From Eledone cirrhosa (Eukaryota), in assembly GCA_964016885.1 (NCBI GenBank), contig OZ024745.1, positions 40,424,001 through 40,488,000 on the forward strand: a stretch of DNA of 64,000 nt, in the 5' to 3' direction. The notes beneath the pieces are model-generated. The model searched no databases, had not been told where the DNA came from, and saw only the letters and a list, made by a program, of their open reading frames with translations. Below, piece by piece: positions 1 through 16,371 of the stretch. The stretch's first letter is position 1; every line of letters starts with the position of its first letter. A program made the position numbers and the translations under genes.

Positions 1-896
1 GACATGTATCATATGTAAGGTAAACCCCCGGATAAACTGTAAAACTAGAAACCTAGTCTATAGCATGAGGTGTACAAAGGGTACTTGCAGAAACATGACA
101 ACAACATACATAGGCGAGACAGCTCGTAGCATAGGTGAAAGGATAGACCAACACTGGGGGGAACTAAAAGGACGAAAAAATGGTTCAGTACTATACGAAC
201 ATGCCAGACAACAACACAACGGTAACAAAGACAACATAGAAATTAGAATAATATTTAAACATAGAAATGACCCAGCAGACAGGCAAATCAGAGAGGCCAG
301 TGAAATAGAACTTAGAAGGCCAAGGCTAAACAGAAAGAATGATTGGAATAACAACAACACCCAAACAAACAACACTGACCTAAGAGAAGTATAAATAAAT
401 AAATAGATAAATAAATAAATAAATCCATACACAAGCACAATAACAACAAACATATATAAACACACACTAGTAAAGATAGAATACATAAACCAATACACAG
501 TCACCCAATCACGAACACACATCAAACAAAACACTATACACACACGCAAACGGATGCGCAAAGGAGACAAAATAAAATAAACAAATAAATAAATATATAA
601 ACAGACTAAATAAAGATGGCGTAGAAATACAATGCAACGGGGGGAAACAATAGCACCACTGACGAGGTGCAGATGTGCAGCGAATGTACTTTGATAAACT
701 ATATATTTGTGTTTGTGTCTATATTGTATCTGTATTATTTTTGACCATTGGTCAATCAATGGCAACATTGAGGGCCGAATAAATTAGATTACCGATATAA
801 AAGACACAGAAGCAAAACGCGAAAACCAACCAAACAGTGAGTGTGTTCTCTTATTAATTCTGGCAATATTACGCAAATATGACCCTCCCCAAGTAT

Positions 897-903
<7 letters not shown>
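1..903 (+). mobile_element. PLE family A, 3' end (GIY-YIG C-terminus plus pLTR), ending at a (TA)n tract
   Basis: ORF 65..394 has YIGETARSIGER...HW (GIY-YIG). The segment is the reverse complement of 42783-43650 and 46985-47870. Confidence 0.9.
655..695 (+). ncRNA. Degenerate minimal hammerhead ribozyme in family A pLTR
   Basis: CTGACGA-g-gtgca gatg tgcagc-GAAT-gtac-TT. Consensus with the minus-strand copies at 42979-43020 and 47185-47226 gives CTGACGA t gttgca/tgcaac GAAA. Stem I is weak. Confidence 0.55.
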
Positions 904-934
<31 letters not shown>

Positions 935-936
<2 letters not shown>

Positions 937-1540
937 CAGGTCAACAGTTGGTGCTACTGGTAACATGTATCCCAGTACAACATGTCCCATGGTGGGGTCG
1001 TTGGCGACTAAACTGGCAACCCTACCAAGGTTTCTTGCTGAGGAGGGTGACTTTGGAGATGCTGCAGGACTAAAAACAAGACCTGTCAAAGGGCAAACGA
1101 GCTCTTAAGTGTTAATGGCCATCCAAAATCAACGGGAGAGATGACCCCTTAGCCTTTGTCAAGGCAGAATTCTAGGAGAAGGAACACTCTGATATAACAC
1201 CTGCAAATCTGATGGTATCCAATGATGTTGACTTGTTCTTCTTTTTGGTAAATATCATCTTGGTTAAGAGAGTGGAACTGGCTTTGTGCGCAGCCTTTGC
1301 TCACTATAAAAGCTTCACGGGACAAGCATTGCTTTATATCTGGAGATCTCTCTGCACTTGTCGTCTCATGGTACCATTGGCCCAACACTATGTGTCAATA
1401 ATTGTCACAAGTGTAGTGTTTGTAACAGAGTTTTCAAGTCGCTGGCTGGACTAAAAAGTCACACTCGTTCAGCGCATCGGTGGGTTCTCCTACATGGATA
1501 TAAAGTAGTGGCCGTACTCGAAAACGAGTTGGCAGCCACC
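935..1540 (+). mobile_element. Short, probably internally deleted RTE-like LINE remnant
   Basis: Its 3' part encodes a C2H2-like [22 protein letters not shown], typical of RTE C-termini. Flanked by (TA)n. Confidence 0.55.
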
Positions 1541-1556
1541 ACATATATATATATAC

Positions 1557-3284
<1,728 letters not shown>

Positions 3285-3290
<6 letters not shown>

Positions 3291-3425
3291 GCTAGTTTAA
3301 TTGACTGCATCAACTTCAAATATAGTAGCTTGCGTAAGTACATAATTCACTGCTGGGAATCGAACACGTGTATTTTATCTTAAGCCAACCCCTTTAACAA
3401 CTAATGCATGCGCCGTCATAGCTTG

Positions 3426-3429
<4 letters not shown>
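3285..3429 (+). repeat. Local direct duplication of 3862-3999
   Basis: Near-identical sequence apart from a 7-nt indel. Confidence 0.95.
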
Positions 3430-3691
<262 letters not shown>

Positions 3692-5099
3692 CCGGTGCAT
3701 ACCTGCGTGAAAATATATCCCCAGTCGCTTTCTCGTGAATGATTTCGTTATTTTGATTTCCAATTAGCTACACATTGACATTTATATATACCTCTATTTT
3801 CATTCATTTTTTATGTATTTATTTAGTTTTATAGATTTTCAATTACAGCTAACACTTACTTTGTTTTGCTAGTTTAATTGACTGCATCAACTTCAAATAT
3901 AGTAGCTTGCGTAAGTACATAATTCACTGCTGGGAATCGAACACGTGTATTAAGCCAACCCCTTTAACAACTAATGCATGCGCCGTCATAGCTTGATATT
4001 TATCTGCCACATATGAGTCTAATTTAATCATTTAATAAAACCATGGTGGTAAAATCTTTAGAGAATCCATGAGAGACCGCATAATTCCTCGCAATCCCCC
4101 TTTTTTGGTGTGCTGGAAAGTGGTGTGATTATTTTAAAATTGATATGTTGCGAAAAAAACATGTGCCTTTTAGCATGTTGTTTAAGAATTTGATAGATTA
4201 AGTTTTATAAATTTGAATTACGATATTTTAATCGCCGTTTTATTAATTCCCTTTCGCTAGAATGCAGTCCTAATTGAGATATCACAAAGCTTTACATATA
4301 TCAATAGATTATGCTTTTATTTTGATATCAGTTTAAGTTATGTAATCAAAATATAACGAATTCTTCAACAAAAATATTGTCGAATATCGAAGAATTCATC
4401 ACTACCCGAACTCCATGTTAACAGAGTATATAAACTAGATCTTTGTCGGCAAAAATGTTTAAATACTATTAGTTATATATTTCGATCCCTAGAGGTTACT
4501 TTATATTAAGATATGTTGTTTTCAATGTAATGTTAGCATCAATTTCTGAAAGACCTGATACGATCAATACGATGTATCTATATTATTCCTTTTCACTTCC
4601 TTCTCACGTTGAATGCGCTAACACGTAGAAACTTGAATATACACGCTTCTTTGTAATGGCAAGGATTGCTGGCATCTAACATCAGCATTTTTGGCTACTG
4701 CTCACACCTTAATATTCATAGAAAGATCATAATTGAAACTATTGTTGGAAGAATATACATATGCGTGTATCTTTCAGTTTGTTTCAAAAGTTGAGGGGTT
4801 TCGGACAACAGAATATATGAGGGATTACATTTCTTAGAGATCTATCATGCTTGGACGATATAGAAATTAAGCATATCCACCTTACTGTTATCAATAGTTT
4901 GTAATATTTACATACACATTTACCTCAATATACACATAATTACGTACTTACTCGTATATCTATTTAGAATTTTCAATTGTTTGTAACAACTTACTGACTC
5001 AATGATTAATTCTGTTTGATTTCATTTTGTTTCGATTCATATAATATTTTAGTGAAGTAAATGCAAGTATGCTTTCAGGCAAATATAAGATCACACACA

Positions 5100-5306
5100 C
5101 AACAAAACAAAATCATGTTTTACACAGTATATTTCAACATGATATTTCAGGGCTAATACCCTCTTTGCAGATGTGAAGCAGACACGGTTCAAATCAATAA
5201 AAGACATTTCTGCTTCATATTTGAAATCAATACAAGACATTTCTGCTTAACTTCTGAAGTATCATGTTGAGACATAGTATGTAAAATATAAGTTTGTTTT
5301 ATTTGT
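5100..5306. repeat. Decayed inverted repeat with a degenerate minimal HHR (5135-5176, minus)
   Basis: Arms at 5100-5150 and 5253-5306. Minus strand reads cacat CTGcaAAGA gggtattagccc t GAAA ta TC atgtt. Confidence 0.45.
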
Positions 5307-5364
5307 CATCCTTTCTTTGACTTGTACATTCCTATCGCATTGTACCGACCTTTTGAAACTGTTC

Positions 5365-5465
5365 CATTTCATCCTTACGGGGTCGATAAAGTAAAGTGCC
5401 AGTGGTACACTGGGGTAATTGCTGACCTTGTGCCACAAGTAGAAACAATTATTATTAATATTATT
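5365..5465 (+). mobile_element. SINE 3' half with (ATT)n tail
   Basis: tttcatccttacggggtcgataaa...gtagaaacaattattatt is shared with the full SINE copies. Confidence 0.85.
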
Positions 5466-5469
5466 ATTG

Positions 5470-5530
5470 TTCTTTGAGTCTCAGTCATTGATGTTATTTA
5501 ACTGGAAAGTTTGTTGAAATGGATATCAAG
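5470..5530 (-). mobile_element. R4/Dong-like LINE terminal ~60 bp
   Basis: Matches 13178-13236 and 16430-16489. Confidence 0.8.
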
Positions 5531-5534
5531 ACGA

Positions 5535-7333
5535 CAGTCGTTACCTAGCGGCAGTCCTGAGGGTGGCTGGCTTTGAGCCCGTCTTCAGAGGCTGGATCGC
5601 TGCCACGCACAGCGACATCTGCTCTGTGGTGAGAGTGAACGATCACCTTTCGGAACCGTTCAACATCATGCGCTCGGTCCGCCAAGGATGTCCCCTTTTG
5701 ACCCTCTTGTACGTATTGACTCTCGAGCTATTACTGCACAAACTGGAGACGTTGAGGGGCGTCCCGCGCGAACTAGGATGCGGAAGATCCGTGTCAGCAT
5801 ATGCGGACGATGTCACCGTAGTGGTGTCGAACGCCAAACACATCGAGACGATCGAGAATACGAACGGTGACAGGAGCAATGATCAACCAGGAAAAGTCAG
5901 TCGGCCTGCAGTTCGGCACCTGGAGAGGCAGGTCCATGCCGTCCAACAGCGTCATCGGGCGCTGGACGGACAGAACGATAAATTGTTAGGGATCTAGTTC
6001 GGTCCAGACTTCCAGACGGACAAAAACTGGGACGATGTGACGAGCAGGGTGGCTTCTCTCACCCAGAAATGGGCGGAGAGGAAGCTATCTCTGAGTGGAG
6101 GTGGCAAACGCGTACATTGCGTCCGTTATCTACTACCGCCTGACCATCGTAGCTTGTCCTAAGCCCCGCCTCACTGCGCTGGAGCGTTTGCTCTTTCGCT
6201 TTTTGTGGAAGGACGTGCTCCGATGGTCAGGCGGTCCATCTGCTGTCAACACCCGCTACGTGGAGTGCTGGGCATGCCGTGGCTGATGATGCGCAGACAA
6301 GCGCGCAGACAAGCGCTCAGGCTACGACATCTCCACCTCTTCCTCGACGGTGATCTGGTGTGGTCGCCGTGTGCTAGACACATCTTTCCCCAGCTCGTCT
6401 CCTTGACGGAGCTGCAGTCCTGGGTCAAGCGAAGACCGAAAGAGAGCGCTTGGAGACTGGAATGTCTTCAGGCGCTCACAGGGCTCGACCAATCGGGCAA
6501 TGTGATCGGTGGAAACTCCACCTTGGCGTTCTATAGAGGATTAGTGCAGGGGAAGAGCGACGACGCACTTGGAGAAACTCTCGGCGTCGACGAAAATCAA
6601 CTAGCCAATCTCTTCGGAACGACTTTCGGGACGGGGCCTATGGACAACTTCCAAAATCCCTGGCCTGGCAGTGCTACCGAGGAGCTTTGCCAGTTCGTGA
6701 TAAACTCTACAGTGATGGAGGTGCCGTCAACCGGGCATGTCCGAGATGCGCGCAGGGCGACGAAACCGTCCTGCACGCACTCGTCCAGTGTTCGAGCATT
6801 GCTGACTTGTGGGTTTATGTCGAACACCTGCTGTCACGTGTAGGATGGATCCAGCTATCAGCTGAGTCCATCGTGAAGATTACCCCGCCCTTTTCCTTTA
6901 GCCGGGAAGGGCAGGCAGTTTTTCTCTGTCTGGTGGCCATGGCGAAAGAGATAGTATTGTGGACACGTTTGAAAGGGCTGAAGACGAGCAATTACCTCTT
7001 CGGTGATGCCCTGATTAACTTTTTCAAATTTCATTTGATAAGGAAAATCAGGGTAGAGGGGGAAGTGCTCTCTTCCCAACATTTTGTTGAAAGATGGCTG
7101 AGAGAAGCAAGTATGGCCCGAGTGAATGGGCCTACTGTGAGTATGTGTCTGTAAATTAAAGGTGGAAAACTGGGAGAGGGTACTTGCCCTGGTGGGTAGG
7201 GTCACTGTGGCCTTTTAATGGGCTTTCTCCACAAATGTCCCTCGGAAATCTCCCCCCCCCCCCCTCTTGGGCTTAATGTCTACTTTATGTAAACCCTTGT
7301 GGTTTATAAAGAAAGCATTATTATTATTATTAT
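5535..7333 (+). mobile_element. 5'-truncated Tx1/L1-clade LINE (RT C-half, Cys-rich domain, (TTA)n end)
   Basis: SVRQGCPL, AYADDV and CPRC...ETVLHALVQC motifs, frameshifted. Close paralogue of 11285-13160. Confidence 0.9.
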
Positions 7334-7544
7334 TGGCGACCTACGTAGTAAATCATATCATCGTGAGCTCCGCAAAGTTTTGTTATTTTCAGTTGTTTAA
7401 AATTGCCATTTATGGAAAATTGTTATTGTTAATTGTATATAAGTGCACAGACATTGTTTTCTGAAAAGGACAGTCAAAATGATTGGGGCCTTGTGCCCAA
7501 ATTTTAAACTTTTATGATTATCAAAAAATTTCTTTGAAATAATC

Positions 7545-9471
7545 ATGGCTGACTCACCTCTGCACCAAGCAGCTGAGAGCCTTCCTCACAAACTAACACC
7601 TCACACCGACACCACCATTGTAAATATTACTACGTTTACCAACACTAAAAATATAATCAGTAGCAATATTTTAAATTTGTCTCAGGCAGACATTCATTTC
7701 CCGCCATTACCAATGACTGCAGGTGTTAAAGCCGCCACCCACACCACCACCGCGACAACAGAAACAAAAGAAAAAAAATAAACTAACTCGTGATATCGAA
7801 ATGAATTCAACCAAAATGAACTCTTCCACACCGAACACCACTTACGCCACCACCACCACAACTGAAACTAAAATTAACAATAACAAAAATAACGATAACG
7901 ACAACAACAATGAAATTAAGAAAGCCACCCTGAGTTTTGCCAGAGTAGCAAAACAGTGCGAAGCATTTCAGGTAACTCAGGAGGAATTAGAAGAAGCCCA
8001 AAAAATGGTAAAGAAAGATGGGTACAGGACCAGCCCCCCCCCCCCCCCCCCCCCATCCACACACACACACCTAATAAAATGGAGCATCGGCGCCTATGAA
8101 CCGTGTCTTATAGAACAATTAACATAAAATCGCGCCGAGTGGAATTGGGCATCCGAGTCCCAAATCCAAAAAGCATGTGTGGGCAAAGAAAACCCACATC
8201 AGACGTGGGCAGAAATATGGAACCGTGGACGAGTTCTTTGAAACACCACATGAGGCTAGAGAACACTCCATGTCCCCATTAAGAAGTGACGACTTCACAC
8301 TCGTCCCAAGCTATTGTGGCCAGAGACTCGTAAGTTAAGGGTGACCCACGTTCCACCGGCCATCGAAATTCCCTGGCTAATAGCTGCCGTCTTCGCCGGC
8401 ATCGAAGCCAACACCAAGATAATCGAAATAGCGAAAGAAAAGCAGGAGAACTGGTCCGGATCTGGGATGGAGCTCCTGATCCAAGCGGACCAAATCACCA
8501 TTGAGGAGATCTTCGAGGTAATAGACCTCACTGCCGGCAACCACCTCACCGTAATCGTCGAGGGCAGAAGGCCTAGGTGTGTCGTTTGTGGTGAAGGAAC
8601 CCACCTAAGGGCTTTCTGCCCTCAGGCTAAAAGGTTGAGGCCACCTCGCTTACCCACCCCAGTGACTCAACCATCAACACCACCAGCAGCAGAGATGGCA
8701 GCAACAAATGTAGCAGCAACAACAGAAGCAACTGTAACAGCAACAACCCAAGAAACAGTAGCAAGACCAACACCACCACCACCACCCAACGCGCCATACC
8801 TAGCACCAGCGCCTACACCATCCACCACTCCACAAACAAAACCAACGCCTGTGGAGGATTTTCCACTCCCCGGCCTATCACAACTGGAGACAGATTGTGA
8901 TGACGAGCATTAGGAAACAGTATCAAGAAAAAAGAAAAAAAGAAACTAAAAAAGAAAAAATTCTCTTCCATCCCCCTCCAAAAACAAAATACAGAGGGAA
9001 ACAAATAAATTATCAAACAAAAAAGTTAGGACAGATATGTCACCATCCACACCAGCATCACCAACCCCATCACCACAAATACCAACACCTTCACCAACAC
9101 CCCAAAAGTCACCAAAAAGCGAAACAGAAACAAACCCACAACAAACGCAAACAAAACAAAACAACCAAAACGATACACACTACACAGCATTGAATTTGAA
9201 CAACAAGCACTTATTACACTACATCCACCACAACAGCAGCATCACAGAAAAAGACTACACAACAACCCAAAAGTTCACACCATCTCCACACATACAAATC
9301 ACTCGCATCACACAGAAAACGTACATGACACTAAAACAAAAATTCCCCAAAGACATCGGAGACTTCCGACAAGCACTATCCATGAGGATTTATAAGGACA
9401 TCCTTCCTGAGGAGGCCACAAGCAGTGAAAAGGATGGAGAAACCGTCATTCCTCTACGAGAAGTAATGTAA
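7545..9471 (+). pseudogene. Tx1 ORF1 (gag-like), frameshifted
   Basis: VEGRRPRCVVCGEGTHLRAFCP zinc knuckle followed by a Pro/Thr-rich region. Confidence 0.8.
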
Positions 9472-9505
9472 GTGGTTTTTCCCATCTTTTCCACTCCATT
9501 TCAAC

Positions 9506-12500
9506 ATGACCTCATTCAGAATAGGCAGCATAAATGCGCGTGGCTTGGGATCGTCATGGAAGCAGGGCCACCTGCTCAACGAGCTCAGGTCACTAAACAT
9601 AGATGTAGTGGCCATCAGCGAGACCAGAATCTCCGAAGCACGGGCCTTCGCACCGATCTTCGGCGGCTACGATGTGTACGCATCTCCCAGCCGTCTGGGA
9701 TCGGGGGGAGGCTTTGGTGTGCTTTTTCGGATCTTGCCATACGCGCCATCTTCCTGGACCCAGAAGGTAAGTAGGTGGTGCTGGACGCGACCAGCGGAGA
9801 CGGTCAAGCTTTCAGGTTAGTGGCCGTCTATTCCCCGACAGGAGCAGGGCGGCCTGATTTCTTCCGGCGTCTGGAGACCTTTCTTGGAACGTCCCGCTCT
9901 TTAGTGTTAGTGGGCGACTGGAACGGGATCTTAGATGCACGGTGGGACTGTGTGGGATTATTGGATAGTGGAGGAGGGTGCATTAGTCTCTCCAACCTGC
10001 TCAGGCGTTTTGAACTGTCTGACAGGTACCGATTGGATTTCCCGAATGTGCAAATGTGGATTTGGACAAATCGCATAGGGTCATCCAGATCATATCTAGA
10101 TAGAGTATTTTGAAGGGAAATAGATAGGTCTAGCATAGGCTGTCCAGAATTCAAGATAGTCAGCTACACGGACCACAAATTCGTGATCTGTGTGCTTGAT
10201 TTAGATAGGCTTCATAGACGAGGACCCGGCTACTGGAATCTAAAGGCGTCTTTAGCAGCGCGCAAGGCCTACAGAGACCGGATTAGCGAACTAGTTAAGC
10301 GGGCGTTGACGGGGGCCTTCGTCAACAACAAGTGGTGGTTTGCTCTAAAAAGAGCAATTATAATAGAGTCCATTAGGTTTAGTAAAGCTTTAGCAATAGA
10401 GAAAAATAGAGCAGAGGGAGAATTAGTTAGAAAATTAGACGAGGCGCTCAGCAAAGGCATCGCGACCGACGTACTTGCGGCGAAATTGGCCCTTGACCAA
10501 TTCTTCTTGTAAAGCACGAAGGCTGCGTTGTCAGAGCTAGGGTGCGTGCTCTCAACACCAGGGGACGAAAGACGTTCAATGGGCCCGAGTGCCGGAGGCG
10601 CGTCGTGGCAACGAAGCCCCGACCCGGTCTTTGTTGGACCACGACGGGCGCATGCTACTCGATCCCGGGCAAATGTGTGAAGCTTTCCAGCGACATTTCG
10701 CCCAGCTGTTCAGGAGCAGCAGCGGGCCGAATCGAGGGATGGACTTTAGTGTCTACCTCGACGGACTGCCGCGGCTTTCGGCCACTGAGGCGGAGTGTTG
10801 CGAATAGCCGATAACAGCCGCTGAAGTACGGGAGGCAATGACTGGCTGCACAAGGGGAAAATAGCCTGGTTTGGATGGTCTGCCCTATGAACTTTACTTA
10901 CAAATGCCAGACTGGTTCGGAGGCCTCTTGGCGGACGTCTACTGCAACTGGCAACAGAACGGGAGAATTCCCAGCTCTGTGAGCCGAGTAGCAGTGGCGC
11001 TGCTGAGAAAGGAACCGAACAAGGGGGATATCGTAGGTAATTTCAGGACCCTAACTCTGCTAAACACAGAGTTCAAGATTTTGCCCAAGGTGCTAGCAAA
11101 GAAGTTGGCGCTTGTCGTTGATGGTCTGGTGGGAGAGGCGCAGACATGCGCCATTCCAGACAGATCCATCCACGACAACCTCCACCTCATGCGATACATC
11201 GTAGAGTGGGTAGCTAGGGAACCTGGCACGGGTGGGTCCTTGATCAATTTAGATCAGTCGAAAGCTTTCGATAGGGTCGACCATCGTTAGCTAGCAGCAG
11301 TCCTGAGGGCGGCTGGCTTTGGGCCCGTCTTAAGAGGCTGGATCGCTGCCAGGCACAGCGACATCTGCTCTGTGGTGAGAGTGAACGGTCTCCTTTCGGA
11401 ACCGTTCAACATCATGCGCTCGGTCCGCCAAGGATGTCCCCTCTTGTCCCTCTTGTACGTATTGACTCTCGAGGCATTACTGCACAAACTGGAGACGTTG
11501 AAGGGGGTCCCGCGCGAACTAGAATGCGGAAGATCCGTGTCAGCATATGCGGATGATGTCATCATAGTGGTGTCGAACGCCAAACACATCGAGGCGATCA
11601 GCACTACACTAAGAGAATACGAAGCGGTGACAGTAGCAATGATCAACCAGGAAAAGTGAGTGGGCCTGCAGCTCGGCACCTGGAGAGGCAGGTCCATGCC
11701 GCCCAACAGCATCGTCGGGCGCTGAACGGACGGACCGGTTAAATTGCTAGGGGTCTGGTTCGGTCCGGACCTCCAGACGGAAAAAAATTGGGACAAGGTG
11801 ACGAGCAGGGTGGCCTCTCTCACCCAGAAATGGGCGGAGAGGAAGCTATCCCTGAAAGGTCGAGCGGAGGTAGCTAACGCGTACATCGCGTCCATCATCT
11901 ACTACAGGCTGACCGTCGTACCTTGTCCTAAGCCCTGCCTGACTGCGCTGGAGCGTTTGCTCTTTCGCTTTTTGTGGAAGGGACGCGCTCCGATGGTCAG
12001 GCGGTCCATCTGCTGTCAACACCCGCTACGTGGAGGGCTGGGCATGCCGTGGCTGATGATGCGCAGACACGCGCTCAGCTTACGACAACTCCACCTCTTC
12101 CTGGAAGGTGATCAGGTATGGTCGCCGTTTGCTAGACACATCTTTCCCCAGCTCGTCTCCTTGACGGAGCTGCAGTCCTGGGTCAAGCGAAGACCGAGAG
12201 GGAGCGCTTGGAGACTGGAATGTCTACAGGTGCCCACAGCCACGACCAATCGGGCAATATGATCGGTGGAAACTCCACCTTGGCGTTCTATAGAAGATTA
12301 GTGGAGGGGAAGAGCGACGACGTACTTGGAGAAACTCTAGGCGTCGACGAAAGTCAACTAGCCAATCTCTTCGGAACGACTTTAGGGCGGGGGCCTATGG
12401 ACAACTTCCAGAAATCCCTGGCCTGGCAGTGCTACCGAGGAGCTTTGCTACTTCGGGATAAACTCTACAGGCATGGAGGTGCCGTCAGCCGGGCATATCC

Positions 12501-12906
12501 GAGATGCGCGCAGGGACGCGAAACCGTCCTGCACGCACTCGTCCAGTGTCCGAGCATTCCTGACCTGTGGGTTTATTTCGAACACCTGCTGTCACGTATA
12601 GGACGGATCCAGCTATCAGCTGAGTCCATCGTGAAGATTGCCCTGCCCTTCTCCTTTAGCCGGGAAGAGCAGGCAGTTTTTCTCTGTCTGGTGGCCATGG
12701 CGAAAGAGATAGTATTGTTGACACGTTTGAAAGGGCTGAAGACGAGCACTTACCTCTTCGGTGATGCCCTGATTAACTTTTTCAAATTTTATTTGAAAAG
12801 GAAAATCAGGGTAGAGAGGGAAGTGCTCTCTTCCCAGCATTTTGTTGAAAGATGGGTAAGAGAAGCAAGTATGGCCCGAGTTAATGAGCCTATTCTGAGT
12901 ATGTAA
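9506..12906 (+). pseudogene. Tx1 ORF2 (APE endonuclease-reverse transcriptase), multiple stops and frameshifts
   Basis: SINARGL, ISET, VGDWN, SYLDR and TDH (APE); PGLDGLPYE, LDQSKAFDRVDH, RQGCPL and AYADD (RT). Confidence 0.92.
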
Positions 12907-13177
12907 ATTATAGGTGGCAAACTGGGAGAGGGCACTTGCCCTGGTGGTCAGAGTCACTGTGGCTTTTTAATGGGCTTTCTCCACAAATTTCACTCCAAAT
13001 TCTCCCCTCTATTGGGGAATTTTTCATTGTTATTATTTATTACATCCTCTGTTTTTTTACACGCAGAAATGCCCATTTGTACCGTCCTGTATTGTCCTGT
13101 ACTGTCCTTAATGTCTACTTTATGTAAACCCTAGTGATTAATAAAGAAAGCATTATTATTATTATTTTTATTATTAT

Positions 13178-16100
13178 TCTTTGAGTCTCAGTGATTGATG
13201 TTAGTTAACTGGAAAGTTTGTTGAAATGAATATCAAGCCACTACCTGCAGCCTCAGATATTCAGGACGTATCGCAGCGTTCTTGCTGTTCCCAGCTAGCA
13301 TGCCTTTTGAAGCGTTCCAAAAAGCGTGAAGGGGCCAATTTTCGTTAACCATCCCTGGAAACTGTTTGAGATACTCCCTAGTGCGCCTATGACCATCGGG
13401 ATCACTTTGACTTCATGGCAGTTCCAAATCCTTTTTACCTCCCACTTTAAGTCCTGGTATCGGTTAAATTTCTCCCTCTCCTTTTCTTGCACTCTCGTGT
13501 CGAATGGGCAGGCCACATCCACAATCAGGAACGATCTTTTTTCTTTGTCCACAACCATCAGGTCAGGTCTATTGTGTTCCAGTTTCTTGTCCGTCTCTAT
13601 CCTAAAATCCCACAGCACCTTTACCTGATCGTTTTCTATCACCGACTCTGGCTTATGCTTATACCACTTCTCAGAATGTGGTAAATTTTTTACTTTGCAT
13701 AGGTGACAGTGGATCACCCTGCCCATCACATCATGTCTCCAGCCCTTATAGTGAGTCTGGGCTAGGTGTTTACACTCGGATACAATGTGAGCCACAGTCT
13801 CCTCTCTCTCTCCACAGATCCTGCACAGTAGGCTAGCCTCCTCCTTGTAAATATGGTGTTTCAACCATTTCGTTTTGAGGGCCTGTTCCTGCGCAGCCAA
13901 TAAATTCCTTCTGTAGCCTTTTTAAGGTCTCCTCTTTTCAACCAGTTCCATGTCTGTGGATATCTGAATTCAGTTTTCTCAAAGAAGGTACTATGAAGGG
14001 ATTTTTCCTGAAGGCTGCTCTTTCTCCTTGATGTTATTTCCTCCTTGGACATCCCCTGGTCTATTGTTCCCTCCTCAGTACAGTTCTGAGCATTGGCTCA
14101 TTACTATCAGTCACGTATTTGTGTAGGTTGTTTTTCTCCATCTGAACACTATGCTGATAAGGCCTCTTCCACCTTTAGATCTCCTTAAGTAGAGTCTATC
14201 TACATCACACCTCTTGTGGAACATGTTGTAGATAGTCAATAACTTCCTAGTCTTCCTATCCATTTCTTTTTGTTCAGCAACATTCTATCTCAGAATTCCC
14301 GCACTGTACCTAATAATAGACACAGCTCGGGAATTTACTGCACTTATGGCATTCCTACTGTTCATATGTGAATTTAATACGCTCCTTATTCTCCGAATGT
14401 ATTCAGTTCTTATCAATTCCTTCATTTTTTTGTTCTTGATGTCATCAGCCTCCAGAACACCCAAATACTTGTATCCTTCTTCAGAGTCAATTTACTTTAT
14501 TATCTCACCTGTTGGTACCTGGATTCCGTTATTTCTGCTCAATTTACCCCTCTTCAACACAAGGACTCCACACTTACTAATACCAAATTGCATACATATA
14601 TCATTGCTGAAAATACGGACAGTGTCAACAAACACATCCAACTCCTTCTCACTCTTCCCGAAGAGCTTAAGATCGTCCTTGAAGATGGGGTGATTGATGG
14701 TAAGCCCTCTCTTTCCCAACCTGTATCCTGCTCTCACTTTTCGCAGTACACTGGTCAGGGGCATCAGGGCAGGGACAAACAACAGGGGGACAGACTATCT
14801 CCCTGGAAGATACCTCTCTTGATCTTCACGCTTCCCAAGGATTCACCAGTTGATGTTAACTCTGTTTCCCAGGACTTCATACTTTTGCCCAACAACTGTC
14901 TGATGTTATCTGCCACCTTGAAGATCTCCACGCTTTTGGTGATCCAACAATGAGGCACCATGTCAAATGCCTTTTTGTAGTCTATCTATCCCATGGCAAG
15001 ACAAGTGTGTCTCCTCTTGCAATACCTCATTACCATCTTATCAATAAGTAACTGGTCCTTTGTACCACGTGACTTCTTTCGGCATCCTTTCTGTTCGTCC
15101 GTAACAAGTTGTTTGTGTGGAGGTGATGGTAGATTTCCTTAGACATAATGCTTGTCAACAGTTTCCACATTACGGACAGACATGTGATAGGTCTATAGTT
15201 GGTAACACCATTACCCTTGATTCGGTCTTTCATTATCCGAACTGTGTTACCTTTTGTCAACCACTCTGGTACCTCACCTGACATCAAGCAGTCATTGAAC
15301 ATGGTTGTCAGTTTCGGGTGGAGGGATGTTATATTTTTAATCCAATACCCCTGCACACCATCTGGGCCTGTGATTTCCAGTTGGTTAGGTTTTGGGCCTG
15401 GCCCTTAAGAGTTTCAACTGTGATACTCAAATCAGTTTGTTGGTGTGCCTGTTCACTACTCTCCTTCTGTACTGTCTCAATCCACACTGCCTGGTCATTA
15501 TGTTTAACATCCTGCTCCCATATTCCTCTCTAGAATGTTTTAGTTTGTTTCGACTCAGGGATCAAGTCGTTGCCTCTTACTTTCCCTTCAAGATGTCCAA
15601 TCAGCATCTTCTGATTGTTGTCGAACATGCGGTTCTGTCTATACTGACTGACTCTGTTCTCGTATCGCCTGATTTTTGCAATCTTTGCTACAATGCGTTG
15701 CTTCAGTTGCTCTATGATAATATTTAGCTTTTCCTCCTAGTTTTGTACACTATTTCCAGTCTATTTTTAGTGTCTATGTTTTTGAGTGTCCCATTCAGTA
15801 GTGACTCAAGCTTTCCAATGTCATTTCTCATTTCCCTGATTTGACCACTCAGTCGTTTCTTCCACCAAGGCTCTGATCTTTCTTGCTTGTTGTTTCCTCT
15901 CGCTTTTATACCAAGTAGTTTCCTCACCGTATTTGCTGTTGTTTTGAGGATATTGTTGCACTGGTGAAGGCTCCTCGCCTCAAGGTATGGGATGATTTTG
16001 TTTACCTTAGGTGTTGTTTCTTTTAACTTTTTCCTGTCTACAAATCTTAGGTTCATAGGTTTCCCACTATCATTATTCAATTCATCTACCACAAAATTTA

Positions 16101-16371
16101 GGATATCATTCAAATCTTGTCCTAGCCCGTCAGCATTCATCTCCTCAGTGGCCGTATCTCTGTTCCAGGTGTTATTTATCTCAGCATTCAGATCATTGTC
16201 TGCTTCGGGAGGTTACTCCGTTCTCTCGACCTCTTCACTTTCATTTCCCACTGGCTCGTTTGCCTGGCATACTCCACTCTACATTTCCAAGCTAATCTCT
16301 CTGCTCAGTTCCTCCAGTTCCAGCTCGCTTATCCACCCATTAGTTCTGATTACCCGAGCCTGTGCGGCCAA

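Larger units (their letters stand above)
7520..13177 (+). mobile_element. Near full-length decayed Tx1/L1-clade LINE
   Basis: ORF1 with a CCHC knuckle, ORF2 with APE plus RT, and a 3' aaagaaagcattatt end. Confidence 0.9.

Noticed and set aside
58-768. Hydrophobic membrane-protein-like ORFs (also 43016-43615 and 45698-46396)
   Set aside because: They are antisense frames of A/C-rich PLE sequence.
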